Shown here piece after piece: positions 1 to 8,600 of a stretch of DNA of 64,000 nt. This DNA comes from Candidatus Omnitrophota bacterium (GTDB lineage Bacteria > Omnitrophota > Gorgyraeia > VGKH01), in NCBI GenBank assembly GCA_022703055.1, contig JAKLEP010000001.1, positions 218,850-282,849 of the forward strand. Direction: 5' to 3'. The translations under genes were made by a program, and so were the position numbers. The stretch's first letter is position 1; the number at the start of each line of letters is the position of its first letter. The notes below the pieces were generated by a model. That model was not told where the DNA came from. It worked only from the letters and a program-made list of their open reading frames with translations, and did not search any database.

Positions 1-13
1 CGGAAGGAGTACA

Positions 14-559
14 ATGAAAGAGATAAAGATCTTTGCTCGTGCCGGCCAGGGGGCAATCACAACTGCCACCATATTGGGAGATGCATTATTTTTAAAAGGG
101 AAATACCCTTACGCCTTTCCGTCTTTTGGGGCTGCCAGGATGGGCGCTCCAATGAATGCATTTGTAAGAGTTGATGATAAGCCGATAAGGCTACGCAGTC
201 AAATCTATGAGCCGGATTATATAATTATAGTGGATTCTACTCTTATGCGTGGATTCGATTGTTTCGCCGGATTTAAACCCGAAGGCGTTGCCTTGGTAAA
301 TGAAAGAGAGGGGATAGAGGCCCCCAAGCCAAAAGGCAAGCAGAAGATATTTGTGGTCCCTGCCAATAAAATTGCCCAGGAAGTTATCGGAAGGCCTTTA
401 GGCAATACCGCACTTATTGGTGCATTTGCGGCAGCTACAGGTGAATTGGATTTAGATTCACTTAACAAAGCTATAAAACAGCGTTTCGAAGGAAAGATTG
501 CCGATTTAAACATTGAGGCGGCTAAAAGAGGATTTGATTTCGTAAAGAATTTAAAATAA
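14..559 (+). CDS. porC: 2-oxoacid (pyruvate-type):ferredoxin oxidoreductase, gamma subunit
   Basis: 181-aa ORF with N-terminal FARAGQGAITTA glycine motif typical of POR/VOR gamma subunits. SD GGAAGGAG at 2-9. First gene of a tightly packed gamma-delta-alpha-beta set. Substrate specificity cannot be told from sequence alone. Confidence 0.85.
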   Translation: MKEIKIFARAGQGAITTATILGDALFLKGKYPYAFPSFGAARMGAPMNAFVRVDDKPIRLRSQIYEPDYIIIVDSTLMRGFDCFAGFKPEGVALVNEREGIEAPKPKGKQKIFVVPANKIAQEVIGRPLGNTALIGAFAAATGELDLDSLNKAIKQRFEGKIADLNIEAAKRGFDFVKNLK

Positions 560-568
560 GGAGATAAA

Positions 569-829
569 ATGTTCGGACCTTTAGTAGCAAAGCCAAAATC
601 AAGTAGGAAAAATAAGACGGGTTCTTGGCGCATAGACGTTAAGCCGAAATTTTTGCAGAAAAATTGTATCGCCTGTAATATGTGTGTCATGATTTGTCCG
701 GAAAATTGCATTTCGGGCAAAGAAAAGAACACCTACAAAAATGATCCTGATTATTGCAAAGGTTGTGGGCTTTGCGCGTTCATCTGTCCGAAAAAAGATA
801 TTGAAATGATTCCTGAAGGGGAGAAATAA
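569..829 (+). CDS. porD: 2-oxoacid:ferredoxin oxidoreductase, delta subunit (2x[4Fe-4S] ferredoxin-like)
   Basis: 86-aa ORF with two CxxCxxCxxxCP motifs (CIACNMCVMICP, CKGCGLCAFICP). AAGGAG SD just upstream. Sits between the gamma and alpha subunits. Confidence 0.85.
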   Translation: MFGPLVAKPKSSRKNKTGSWRIDVKPKFLQKNCIACNMCVMICPENCISGKEKNTYKNDPDYCKGCGLCAFICPKKDIEMIPEGEK

Positions 830-830
830 A

Positions 831-2015
831 ATGAAGAAATTTATCGAGGGTTCTTACGCGGTTGCGGAAGCGGTTAAATTATGCAGGCCAGGCGTTGTCT
901 CGGCCTACCCGATCACCCCGCAGACGCATATCGTCGAGGGATTGGCGCAGTTTGTCGCCGACGGAGAATTAAAGGCTGAATTTGTCAATGTGGAGAGCGA
1001 GCATTCTGCCGCATCCGCAGTTTTAGGCGCCGTAGCCACAGGCGTGCGCGCTTTCACATCATCTAGCTCTCAAGGATTGCTTCTTATGACAGAAGTCATT
1101 TTTAATATTGCCGGTATGAGGCTGCCTTTGGTTTTGGCTTGCGCCAACCGCGCGGTTTCAGCTCCCATAAATATCTGGAATGACCAGCAGGATGTAATGA
1201 CGATTAGAGACAGCGGCTGGATTTTATTATTTGCAGAGAATATCCAGGAGGTCATAGATTTGCATATCCAGGCCTATCGCATAAGCGAAGACCACAGTAT
1301 AATGCTTCCAGTCATGGTTAACCTCGACGGTTATATCTTAACTCACGGTCTGGAAGTGGCGGATATGCCGTCTCAAGAACAGGTGGATAAATTCTTGCCG
1401 CCTTATAAACCTTTGTATAAACTAGACACAAGCGATCCTATGACGTTGGGATGTTTGGCTATGCCCGAACATTATATGGAGGCGCGCGTGGCTATCCAGA
1501 AAACGCAAGAAGCTGCGCTTGATTTTATCCCTAAAGTCGCTGGCGAATTCAAAAAGGTATTCGGCAGAGAAAGCGGTGGATTAGTCGAAGCTTACAAAAT
1601 AGAAGATGCCAAACAGGTCATCGTAGCCATGGGCTCTATCGTCGGCACAATAAAAGAAACCGTAGATGAGCTGCGAGCTCAGGGCAAAAAAGTCGGAGTT
1701 TTGAAACTTATCACTTACCGGCCATTTCCCAAACAGGCAATTTTAAATGCTTTGAAGAATGTCCCTGAGATTGCCGTAGTGGATAAGTCAATATCACTGG
1801 GATCCAATAGCCCGCTGTATACAGATTTGACCTCTGCCTTTATAGGTCAGGACAAGGTTTCCAAAATCAGCGGTTTTGTCTTAGGTTTAGGCGGACGCGA
1901 TATCACCAAAGATTCTATAAAACAGGTTTTTGATAAACTTTCTGGAAAGCAGGTCGATTGCGAATTTATCGATGTTAAGAAAGAACTCCTGGAGGAAGAA
2001 TATGCCGGAAACTAA
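831..2015 (+). CDS. porA: 2-oxoacid:ferredoxin oxidoreductase, alpha subunit
   Basis: 394-aa ORF. N-terminus MKKFIEGSYAVAEAVKLCRPGVVSAYPITPQT is the classic POR-alpha start. It begins 1 nt after the porD stop. Confidence 0.9.
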   Translation: MKKFIEGSYAVAEAVKLCRPGVVSAYPITPQTHIVEGLAQFVADGELKAEFVNVESEHSAASAVLGAVATGVRAFTSSSSQGLLLMTEVIFNIAGMRLPLVLACANRAVSAPINIWNDQQDVMTIRDSGWILLFAENIQEVIDLHIQAYRISEDHSIMLPVMVNLDGYILTHGLEVADMPSQEQVDKFLPPYKPLYKLDTSDPMTLGCLAMPEHYMEARVAIQKTQEAALDFIPKVAGEFKKVFGRESGGLVEAYKIEDAKQVIVAMGSIVGTIKETVDELRAQGKKVGVLKLITYRPFPKQAILNALKNVPEIAVVDKSISLGSNSPLYTDLTSAFIGQDKVSKISGFVLGLGGRDITKDSIKQVFDKLSGKQVDCEFIDVKKELLEEEYAGN

Positions 2016-2883
2016 AATTTTATATAATCCTGGACATACTGCCTGCGGAGGTTGCGGCCAGGCGATCGCAGCAAGGCTAGTAATTGAGGCAGCAGGCGAA
2101 AATACAATTATTGTAAATAACACAGGTTGCTTGGAAGTTTTTACGACCAAATATCCCGAAAGCGCGTGGGGTGTTCCTTTTATTCATTCTTTGTTTGAAA
2201 ATGCCGGCGCGGTAGCTTCGGGTGTCGAGTCGGCGCTAAAATTCCTGGGTAAAAAAGAAGGGACCAATGTTATTGCTCAGGCCGGAGATGGCGGAACTGC
2301 CGATATAGGATTACAGGCGCTTTCTGGGATGTGGGAGAGGGGCCATGATATCTTATCGGTTTGTTACGATAATGAGGCCTACATGAATACGGGAATTCAA
2401 AGAAGCGGCCTTACTCCTTTTGATTCCAATACTACGACTTCTCCGACAGGAAAAGAATCGTTTGGCAACCCGAAAATGAAAAAGCCGGTGCCGGAGATTG
2501 CCCGCGCGCACGGTATTCCCTATGTAGCCACCGCTTCAGTTGCTTTTGTAAGGGATTTGCAGAATAAAGTCAAAAAGGCGATCTCGATTAAAGGCCCAAA
2601 ATATATCCAGATTCATGTTCCCTGTCCGTTGGGATGGAGGCATGAAGGCGCCCAAACAGTTACTGTTGCCAGGGCTGCAATTGAAACGGGATTGTATCCG
2701 ATATTTGAATATGTAAACGGCGAATTGGCGGGAGTACAGAAGATTAAACCAAAACCGGTAGAGGAATATCTTAAGCTCCAGGGGAGATTTAAGCATTTGC
2801 TAAAAGCTCCGGAGCAGATCAAAAAGATTCAAGAGATAGCCGATAATAATATCAAGAAATACGGCTTAAAACTAGAAGCTTAA
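2002..2883 (+). CDS. porB: 2-oxoacid:ferredoxin oxidoreductase, beta subunit (TPP-binding)
   Basis: GHTACGGCG cysteine cluster and GDGGTADIG TPP-binding motif. I moved the start from the track ORF (1930) to ATG 2002 (MPETKILYNPGH...), which overlaps the porA stop by 14 nt. Confidence 0.85.
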   Translation: MPETKILYNPGHTACGGCGQAIAARLVIEAAGENTIIVNNTGCLEVFTTKYPESAWGVPFIHSLFENAGAVASGVESALKFLGKKEGTNVIAQAGDGGTADIGLQALSGMWERGHDILSVCYDNEAYMNTGIQRSGLTPFDSNTTTSPTGKESFGNPKMKKPVPEIARAHGIPYVATASVAFVRDLQNKVKKAISIKGPKYIQIHVPCPLGWRHEGAQTVTVARAAIETGLYPIFEYVNGELAGVQKIKPKPVEEYLKLQGRFKHLLKAPEQIKKIQEIADNNIKKYGLKLEA

Positions 2884-2904
2884 AAAATATCAGGAGGACA
2901 AACA

Positions 2905-3087
2905 ATGGCAAAAGTAATTATCGATGAGGCGGCTTGCGTAGGTTGCGGATTATGCGAGCAGAATTGCCCCGAAGTCTTTGAGATTCGCGGCGATGGCATT
3001 GCGCATGTCAAGGCGCATGTCTGCGAACAGCATAATTTGTCAGAAGTTGCCGATCAGTGTCCGGTCCAGGCGATCAAAGTAGTATAG
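2905..3087 (+). CDS. small [4Fe-4S] ferredoxin
   Basis: 60-aa ORF with CVGCGLCEQNCP plus distal C...CP. GGAGGA SD at about 2892. Immediately downstream of the oxidoreductase, so a likely electron acceptor. Confidence 0.8.
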   Translation: MAKVIIDEAACVGCGLCEQNCPEVFEIRGDGIAHVKAHVCEQHNLSEVADQCPVQAIKVV

Positions 3088-3124
3088 AATTCAAGCCGTT
3101 TTTAAAAGAAGGGCCTTAAAAATT

Positions 3125-3985
3125 ATGGAATATAAAGAGGCCTTATATTATGAAATTTTACCTTCCGGCAAGATTCATTGCCTTCTCTGCCCTCAATCAT
3201 GCGTTATAGACCAAGAAAAGATAGGGTTTTGTCGCGTCAGAAAAAATATCCAAGGTAAACTCTATACATTGATTTATGGCCAGGCTACATCTGTTGCCTT
3301 GGATCCTATCGAGAAAAAACCTTTGTACCATTATCATCCTGGAGAATTTATTCTTTCCGTCGGTACAAAAGGATGTAATTTCGCTTGTCCGTTTTGCCAG
3401 AATTGGAGTATTTCTCAAGACGACTCCGCAGAAACTGCAATAATAACCCCTCAAGAATTAATAGAAAAGGCCAAAGAGTTAGATTCTTTTGGTATTGCCT
3501 ATACTTACAATGAGCCGTTTATTTGGTATGAATTTGTTCTCGAGGCTGCAGAGTTGGCCAAAAGTGTAGGCTTGGAGAATGTTTTGGTTACGAATGGCTA
3601 TGTAAATTTAAAACCATTGGGAGAAATGCTGCCTTTTATCGGCGCTATGAATATTGATTTAAAATCTATTGATGAGGAATTTTACCGCAAAATCTGCAAA
3701 GGCCACTTAAATCCGGTTCTGGAAGCAATAAAGCGCAGCCACAAAACATGCCATATCGAGCTGACAAATTTGGTTATTCCGACTTTAAACGATTCTGAGG
3801 ACGGCTTGAAGAGGTTAGTGGATTGGGTTTATGATAATCTTGGGGCAGATGTGCCCCTGCATTTTTCCCGCTATTTTCCTTCCTATCAGATGGATTTTCC
3901 GCCGACGCCCATTGATACTTTAAAGAGGGCATACGATATTGCCAGGAAGAAACTAAAATTCGTCTATCTGGGGAATGTAAGGTGA
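3125..3985 (+). CDS. amrS: radical SAM enzyme, AmmeMemoRadiSam-system / PflA-like activase type
   Basis: CX3CX2C motif CNFACPFCQNW plus an N-terminal auxiliary Cys cluster (CLLCPQSC...C). Length 286 aa and overall pattern fit the AmrS family. No AMMECR1 or Memo partner gene is in the window. Confidence 0.65.
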   Translation: MEYKEALYYEILPSGKIHCLLCPQSCVIDQEKIGFCRVRKNIQGKLYTLIYGQATSVALDPIEKKPLYHYHPGEFILSVGTKGCNFACPFCQNWSISQDDSAETAIITPQELIEKAKELDSFGIAYTYNEPFIWYEFVLEAAELAKSVGLENVLVTNGYVNLKPLGEMLPFIGAMNIDLKSIDEEFYRKICKGHLNPVLEAIKRSHKTCHIELTNLVIPTLNDSEDGLKRLVDWVYDNLGADVPLHFSRYFPSYQMDFPPTPIDTLKRAYDIARKKLKFVYLGNVR

Positions 3986-5473
3986 GCCCTTGGCGCTTTC
4001 GGCCTTCGCCTTAGGAACGTTATCCACTAGATGCGCCTTATTTTTTAATTCCAGAAAGAAATTATTAAATGCTACTTCCTTCTTATGCTGCAATAGTTTT
4101 TCCTTAAAAGCCTCTTTTTCTTGGGTGAACTTTTTCTCATCTATCGGCACAGACTCGACCAGATCCATGATATAAGATCCTGTTGCAGTTGTGACAAAGC
4201 CGAAAGGCTTATTCTTATCTTTTAGGCCGAAAGCCTCATCGAGAAAATCTTTTGAAACGCCAATATCCGGGATATATTGCCCGTAATTAAATAGTGGTGA
4301 TACTTTATAATTTAAAGAGTCGCTTTCCAGGGCTTTTCTGAAATTAAATCGGGAAGGGTCGCTTTTATAGATCTCTTCTAGCTTAGCAAGGTATTCTTTT
4401 GCCTTGGCAGAAGCTAACTGAAGAGCTTTATTGGTTTTTAAAACTTTTTCGACCGCAGACTTGGCCTCTTCGAAATTCGGCACGTAGGCATCTTTTTTCT
4501 CTTTTAATTTCAGCAGAAAGATGCCTTTGGATGTTAAGACCGGTTCGCTTATTCGGTTATCCCTTAAGCTAAAGGCGATTTGGATAAAATCTGGCTCTAC
4601 GCCCAAGCCCGGGACTGGTTCATCCAAACTGAAAAATCCAGTCTGCTTTAAATCAAAAGAGTTTTGTTTGGCTATTTTTTGGAGATCTTTTTCTTGGGTA
4701 ATATTAGAATAAATCTCCCTTACTTTTTTCTCGCTTTCTTTTTTACTCTCGTCGGTAGACTGTTCGGAAAAGCTCAGGCCAGCGTATTCTATGTTTATAG
4801 AAGGGGGTTTTGTAAAGTCGGGAGAGTGCGCATCGAAATAATCTTTTAATTCTTTTTCTCCGAGGGAAACCTTGTCTTCGAAATCCTTCTCAGGGAAGCT
4901 CGCATAGCCTATTTTTATTTTTTCGTTTTCCTTTTTGTAGTTTTCTAGGAGCTCTTCGCCAGATATCGTGATTTTGTTGGTGAGTTGATTATACAATTTT
5001 TCAAACATCAGAGATTCCCTGATTTGCTCTTCAAAAACTCTAGCCGGCGTCCTTAGTACAGAATCGAGAAAATATTGGTAGATTCTGGGTTCAAAATTTC
5101 CGTTAGATTGGAAGAGGGGGAATTTCTTTATTGTTTCTACAACTTCGTTATCGGATACGTTGATATGCCTTTTTCTGGCTTCATAGAGAAGGATAAGTCT
5201 GTCCCAGGCTTCCTTTTCCAGATTAATAAACTTTTGCAACTTAAAGAAATTATCGCCGAATCTCATAATCGCCTGGCTTCTGCTTGCCGCCAGGCTTTCT
5301 CGGTACTGTTCCCAGGATATTGTTTTGTTGAAGATTTTTCCCGCGAAATTGGAAGTGAGCTTGTTCCTTATGAGATTTCCCGAACCCCAAAGCACAAATG
5401 CCGGGATAATCAATGCCGCCAAGACATAAAAAACCTTTTTTGCGAAATCTTTTTTTCTTAAAGCTTTTAACAT
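3953..5473 (-). CDS. PpiD/SurA-like periplasmic chaperone (peptidyl-prolyl isomerase family), membrane anchored
   Basis: 506-aa ORF and the only minus-strand gene. N-terminal anchor VFYVLAALIIPAFVLWG followed by SurA_N-like and parvulin-like regions. The 3' end overlaps amrS convergently by 33 nt. Confidence 0.55.
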   Translation of the reverse strand: MLKALRKKDFAKKVFYVLAALIIPAFVLWGSGNLIRNKLTSNFAGKIFNKTISWEQYRESLAASRSQAIMRFGDNFFKLQKFINLEKEAWDRLILLYEARKRHINVSDNEVVETIKKFPLFQSNGNFEPRIYQYFLDSVLRTPARVFEEQIRESLMFEKLYNQLTNKITISGEELLENYKKENEKIKIGYASFPEKDFEDKVSLGEKELKDYFDAHSPDFTKPPSINIEYAGLSFSEQSTDESKKESEKKVREIYSNITQEKDLQKIAKQNSFDLKQTGFFSLDEPVPGLGVEPDFIQIAFSLRDNRISEPVLTSKGIFLLKLKEKKDAYVPNFEEAKSAVEKVLKTNKALQLASAKAKEYLAKLEEIYKSDPSRFNFRKALESDSLNYKVSPLFNYGQYIPDIGVSKDFLDEAFGLKDKNKPFGFVTTATGSYIMDLVESVPIDEKKFTQEKEAFKEKLLQHKKEVAFNNFFLELKNKAHLVDNVPKAKAESAKGSPYIPQIDEF

Positions 5474-5520
5474 ATTTCACCTCTCGATTATTTGTTTGAT
5501 TATACTGGCAAAATTATACT

Positions 5521-5575
5521 TTGACACATTCGGCGACCCACAATAAGTTTATGAGGGGGTCGCCCTCAGTGTCAA
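5521..5575. repeat. imperfect inverted repeat in the divergent ppiD-like / HD-GYP intergenic region
   Basis: TTGACAC-attc-GGCGACCC (5521-5539) pairs with GGGTCGCC-ctca-GTGTCAA (5557-5575) across a 17-nt loop. A further 9-nt inverted copy ACACATTCG (5524-5532) / CGAATGTGT (5619-5627) touches the -35 of the downstream promoter. Confidence 0.6.
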
Positions 5576-5626
5576 CACAGAGTATATCAGAAATAAATCT
5601 AAAAAACAAGCCTCTGTGCGAATGTG

Positions 5627-5655
5627 TTGACAAGGATTTTTAGCTATGTTAAACT
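5627..5655 (+). promoter_or_regulatory. sigma70-type promoter for the HD-GYP gene
   Basis: TTGACA (5627-5632), 17-nt spacer ending in TGt (extended -10), TAAACT (5650-5655). About 30 nt upstream of ATG 5685. Confidence 0.55.
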
Positions 5656-5684
5656 AAAAACAAATTAATAAATTATATTAAAAA

Positions 5685-6812
5685 ATGGTAAAACTTTCAG
5701 ATTTCTTTAGAAAAGAAGACGAGCCGCAAAAAGAGCCTAAGGGAGATACCCCGGAGGAGAAAGAGCAAAAACCGGCAGCTCCTCCTATTAGGTCTCTTCC
5801 TGAGAAATCTTCCATATCCATTCCCAAGCAAGAGCTAAAAAAAGAATTGCCTTCGCAAGTTGAGTCATCCGAAAAACCAGCCGTTAAAACGGTGGATTTG
5901 GTAAAGGACAATGTTTGCGCCTTAGGCGTAGATAAGACAGGCGTTCTTTATGTTGAGTGCCTTAAGTTGAGTGAAGAAATCTTGAATAGAGTCCAGGCGG
6001 GGCAGACGATTTCAATCATTGAAATCAAAAATAAGACAGATAAGCTGGTTGAGCAGGTTATTTTGGGCAATTGCGATTTGGCGGGCCTGCTTAATACTCA
6101 CACCGACGAGAATTATCTCTATGCCCATTCTTTGAACGTTTGTATATTGGCTGTTTTGGTGGGACAGGGCTTGGGTTATGACAGGGCAAAATTGCAGGAA
6201 TTGGGAGTAGCTGCGTTTCTGCATGATATCGGTATGACTAAATTCATGGACTTAAGCCAGAAGCCTGTAAAATTTACCAAGGATGAGCATGAGGAAATAG
6301 AAGAGCATGTTGCATTCGGCGCCGAAATTTTAGCTTCCTCTAAAGGCGTTACCGATGCGATAGTTACCGTGGCAAGCCAGCATCATGAATGCGTAAACGG
6401 CAAAGGTTATCCTAAAGGACTTAAGGCAGATGAGATGAGCCAATATGCCAAGATAGTGGCGGCAGTTGATTATTACGAAGCCTTAATGCATCCTCGTTCG
6501 CATCGCGAGAGGTTGAATCCTTACGAAGCGTTGAGGGTGTTAATCGAGAACAAAGAACGTTTTGATTACCGCGTTTTAAAGGTTTTAATCAGGCAAATGG
6601 GCGTATATCCCATAGGAAGCCTTGTGCAGCTCAGCTCAGGAGAAATAGGGATAGTGATAAAGACCAACAGCCAATCCGCACTCAGGCCTATAGTTAAGAT
6701 TTTTTTTGATGCTCAAGGCAAAAAAATTGAGCAGGAAAAGAATATTGACTTAGTAAAATCTCCCACCATATTTATTAAGAAGTCAATCCACGAAAAAGAC
6801 CTAAATTTGTAA
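5685..6812 (+). CDS. HD-GYP domain c-di-GMP phosphodiesterase-like protein
   Basis: HDIGM and HHECVNGKGYPKGL motifs (HD...HHE..G.GYP). The first ~75 aa are a K/E/P-rich, low-complexity region. No obvious SD before the ATG. Confidence 0.8.
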   Translation: MVKLSDFFRKEDEPQKEPKGDTPEEKEQKPAAPPIRSLPEKSSISIPKQELKKELPSQVESSEKPAVKTVDLVKDNVCALGVDKTGVLYVECLKLSEEILNRVQAGQTISIIEIKNKTDKLVEQVILGNCDLAGLLNTHTDENYLYAHSLNVCILAVLVGQGLGYDRAKLQELGVAAFLHDIGMTKFMDLSQKPVKFTKDEHEEIEEHVAFGAEILASSKGVTDAIVTVASQHHECVNGKGYPKGLKADEMSQYAKIVAAVDYYEALMHPRSHRERLNPYEALRVLIENKERFDYRVLKVLIRQMGVYPIGSLVQLSSGEIGIVIKTNSQSALRPIVKIFFDAQGKKIEQEKNIDLVKSPTIFIKKSIHEKDLNL

Positions 6813-6830
6813 AAATCGAGATTTATTAAC

Positions 6831-6859
6831 TTGACAGTCAGAATAAAATAACCTATTAT
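6831..6859 (+). promoter_or_regulatory. sigma70-type promoter of the RiPP-like operon
   Basis: TTGACA (6831-6836), 17-nt spacer, TATTAT (6854-6859). 37 nt upstream of ATG 6896. No other promoter-like or terminator-like element seen until 15605. Confidence 0.6.
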
Positions 6860-6895
6860 AAGAAAAGAAGATAGAGTAATTTAGAAATTTACCCG

Positions 6896-7405
6896 ATGAA
6901 TAGCATTGAGTTGGTAAGAGAAGCAGTCATTGCCAATGGCAAAGTCATTCTCCCCTTTAGCGGAAAAAGCATGTATCCAACCTTAAAAGATGCGATGGTC
7001 GTGACCATTTCCCGCATTTTGCCGGAATCAATCAGGATCGCCGATATCATAGCCTACCAAGAAAATGACCAAGTAGCAGCTCATAGGGTCATAAAAATCA
7101 AGAGAGACAACGGCGCAATTTCTTTTATAACCAAAGGCGATAACCAGCCTTTCGGCGGTATAGCCGAGGTACGGCAGAAAGATTTAATCGGCAGGATAAA
7201 TTGCGCGTTTTACGCCGATTCCGACGGAAAGAATATCTTAAATGAGAATATAATTTTCCGGTTATTTTACGTTGGCCTTGGCAGGATATATTTATTTTAC
7301 AGAAAAGCTTTAAGAGACCATATGCCCGATTCGCTAAGGTTATTTTTAAAGACATTGGTTGGCAATATTTACTGTTGTTTTCAAGGCTGTTCAAGCAAAG
7401 GTTAA
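6896..7405 (+). CDS. S24/S26 (clan SF) serine peptidase, SipW/archaeal-signal-peptidase-like, without N-terminal anchor
   Basis: 169 aa. SGKSMYPTL (Ser25) matches the signal-peptidase box B nucleophile. AAHRVIKIK (His63, Lys67/69) and ITKGDNQ (aa 78-84) match the HRV / TKGDN boxes of Ser-His type S26B enzymes. The first 20 aa are not a TM helix. Confidence 0.55.
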   Translation: MNSIELVREAVIANGKVILPFSGKSMYPTLKDAMVVTISRILPESIRIADIIAYQENDQVAAHRVIKIKRDNGAISFITKGDNQPFGGIAEVRQKDLIGRINCAFYADSDGKNILNENIIFRLFYVGLGRIYLFYRKALRDHMPDSLRLFLKTLVGNIYCCFQGCSSKG

Positions 7406-7408
7406 TTT

Positions 7409-8554
7409 ATGGTCACCCAATCACAAGAAGAATCCAAGAATAAGTTTAAGCTTAATACCGTTTATCTGTATTTTTCCCAATACTGCAATTTGCGATGCCG
7501 CCATTGCTGGATAGATCCCAAATTTTCTGCAGATAAAACCGTTAAAGACGACGAAGCGGATATCAAGACCATTATTTCCGGCCTCGAAGAGTGCAGGGAA
7601 TTAGGCATGGCTTCAGTCAAGGTTACCGGCGGGGAACCTTTTATCAGGGAAGACATATTTGAGCTGTTATCATATTGTAAAGATAATAAAATCGCTTTGA
7701 ATTTTGAGACCAATGCGACCCTGATTACAAAAAAAGAGGCCAGGGCATTGAAGGAAGCCAATGTCGATATGGTCGCTGTTTCCCTTGATGGCCCCAATGC
7801 GCGTATCCACCAATTATTAAGAGGCGTAGACGGTTCATTTGATAAAGCCATAGAAGGCATAAAATTTCTCCGAGAGGAAGGTTTAAACGTCCAAATAATA
7901 ATCTCCCTTTGGAGAGAAAACAAGGATTACGTTAAATCTACTATTGATTTAGCTCGTTCGTTGGGCGCAAGCTCGGTTAAAGTGAATATCCTGAATTGCG
8001 TAGCCAGGGCCGGCAAACTAGACCAGAAAAAAGAAATCCTGAGCGTAAAAGAGATCTTAGATTTCTACCGCGAGCTTAAAGAAAAGCTTAGCAAGGAGCC
8101 GCCCTTTGCCGTTACTTTCGATATTCCGCCGGCATTCAAGCCCCTGAAAAACGGCAGATTAGGCGATTTGAATTTCTGCGGCATAATGGGAATATTAGGA
8201 ATCCTAGGAAACGGCAGAATTTCAATTTGCGGTATAGGCAGCGTTGTTGATTCGTTAGTATTAGGAGTTATTGGGCAGGATAGAATAAAAGATATTTGGG
8301 ATAATCATCCGATATTGAAGGATATCAGAGAAAATGTCCCTAAGAATCTACAGGGCGTATGCGGAAAATGCATATTAAGATTCTACTGTTTAGGAAAATG
8401 CCGCGCCGAAGCTTTTTACAATCACGGCTCGCTTTTATCGCCTTTGTCTTTCTGTCAGCAGGCATATGACCAGGGCCTTTTCCCGGTTTCTCGGTTACAG
8501 GATGAATTTGGCTTGCAAGACTGCAATGAAGAACTAGCAACAAGCCCGGCGTAG
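7409..8554 (+). CDS. radical SAM / SPASM-domain peptide maturase (1 of 2)
   Basis: 381 aa. CX3CX2C at C26/C30/C33 (YCNLRCRHCW). C-terminal SPASM signature CGKCILRFYCLGKC (Cx2Cx5Cx3C) plus upstream CG...ICG. Starts 3 nt after the peptidase stop. Confidence 0.85.
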   Translation: MVTQSQEESKNKFKLNTVYLYFSQYCNLRCRHCWIDPKFSADKTVKDDEADIKTIISGLEECRELGMASVKVTGGEPFIREDIFELLSYCKDNKIALNFETNATLITKKEARALKEANVDMVAVSLDGPNARIHQLLRGVDGSFDKAIEGIKFLREEGLNVQIIISLWRENKDYVKSTIDLARSLGASSVKVNILNCVARAGKLDQKKEILSVKEILDFYRELKEKLSKEPPFAVTFDIPPAFKPLKNGRLGDLNFCGIMGILGILGNGRISICGIGSVVDSLVLGVIGQDRIKDIWDNHPILKDIRENVPKNLQGVCGKCILRFYCLGKCRAEAFYNHGSLLSPLSFCQQAYDQGLFPVSRLQDEFGLQDCNEELATSPA

Positions 8555-8600
8555 TTAAAAATAGATTATTAATTATTTATCAGAAAGAAAGGAGAAACGC

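Noticed and set aside
217-732. 171-aa minus-strand ORF antisense to porC/porD.
   Set aside because: It is fully antisense to two well-supported oxidoreductase subunits, has no recognisable motifs, and looks like a typical shadow ORF.
3953-3985. 33-nt convergent overlap between the amrS 3' end and the ppiD-like 3' end.
   Set aside because: This is probably just compact gene packing, since the last ~11 codons of each look unconstrained. No hairpin or regulatory motif was seen, so it is not reported as a finding.
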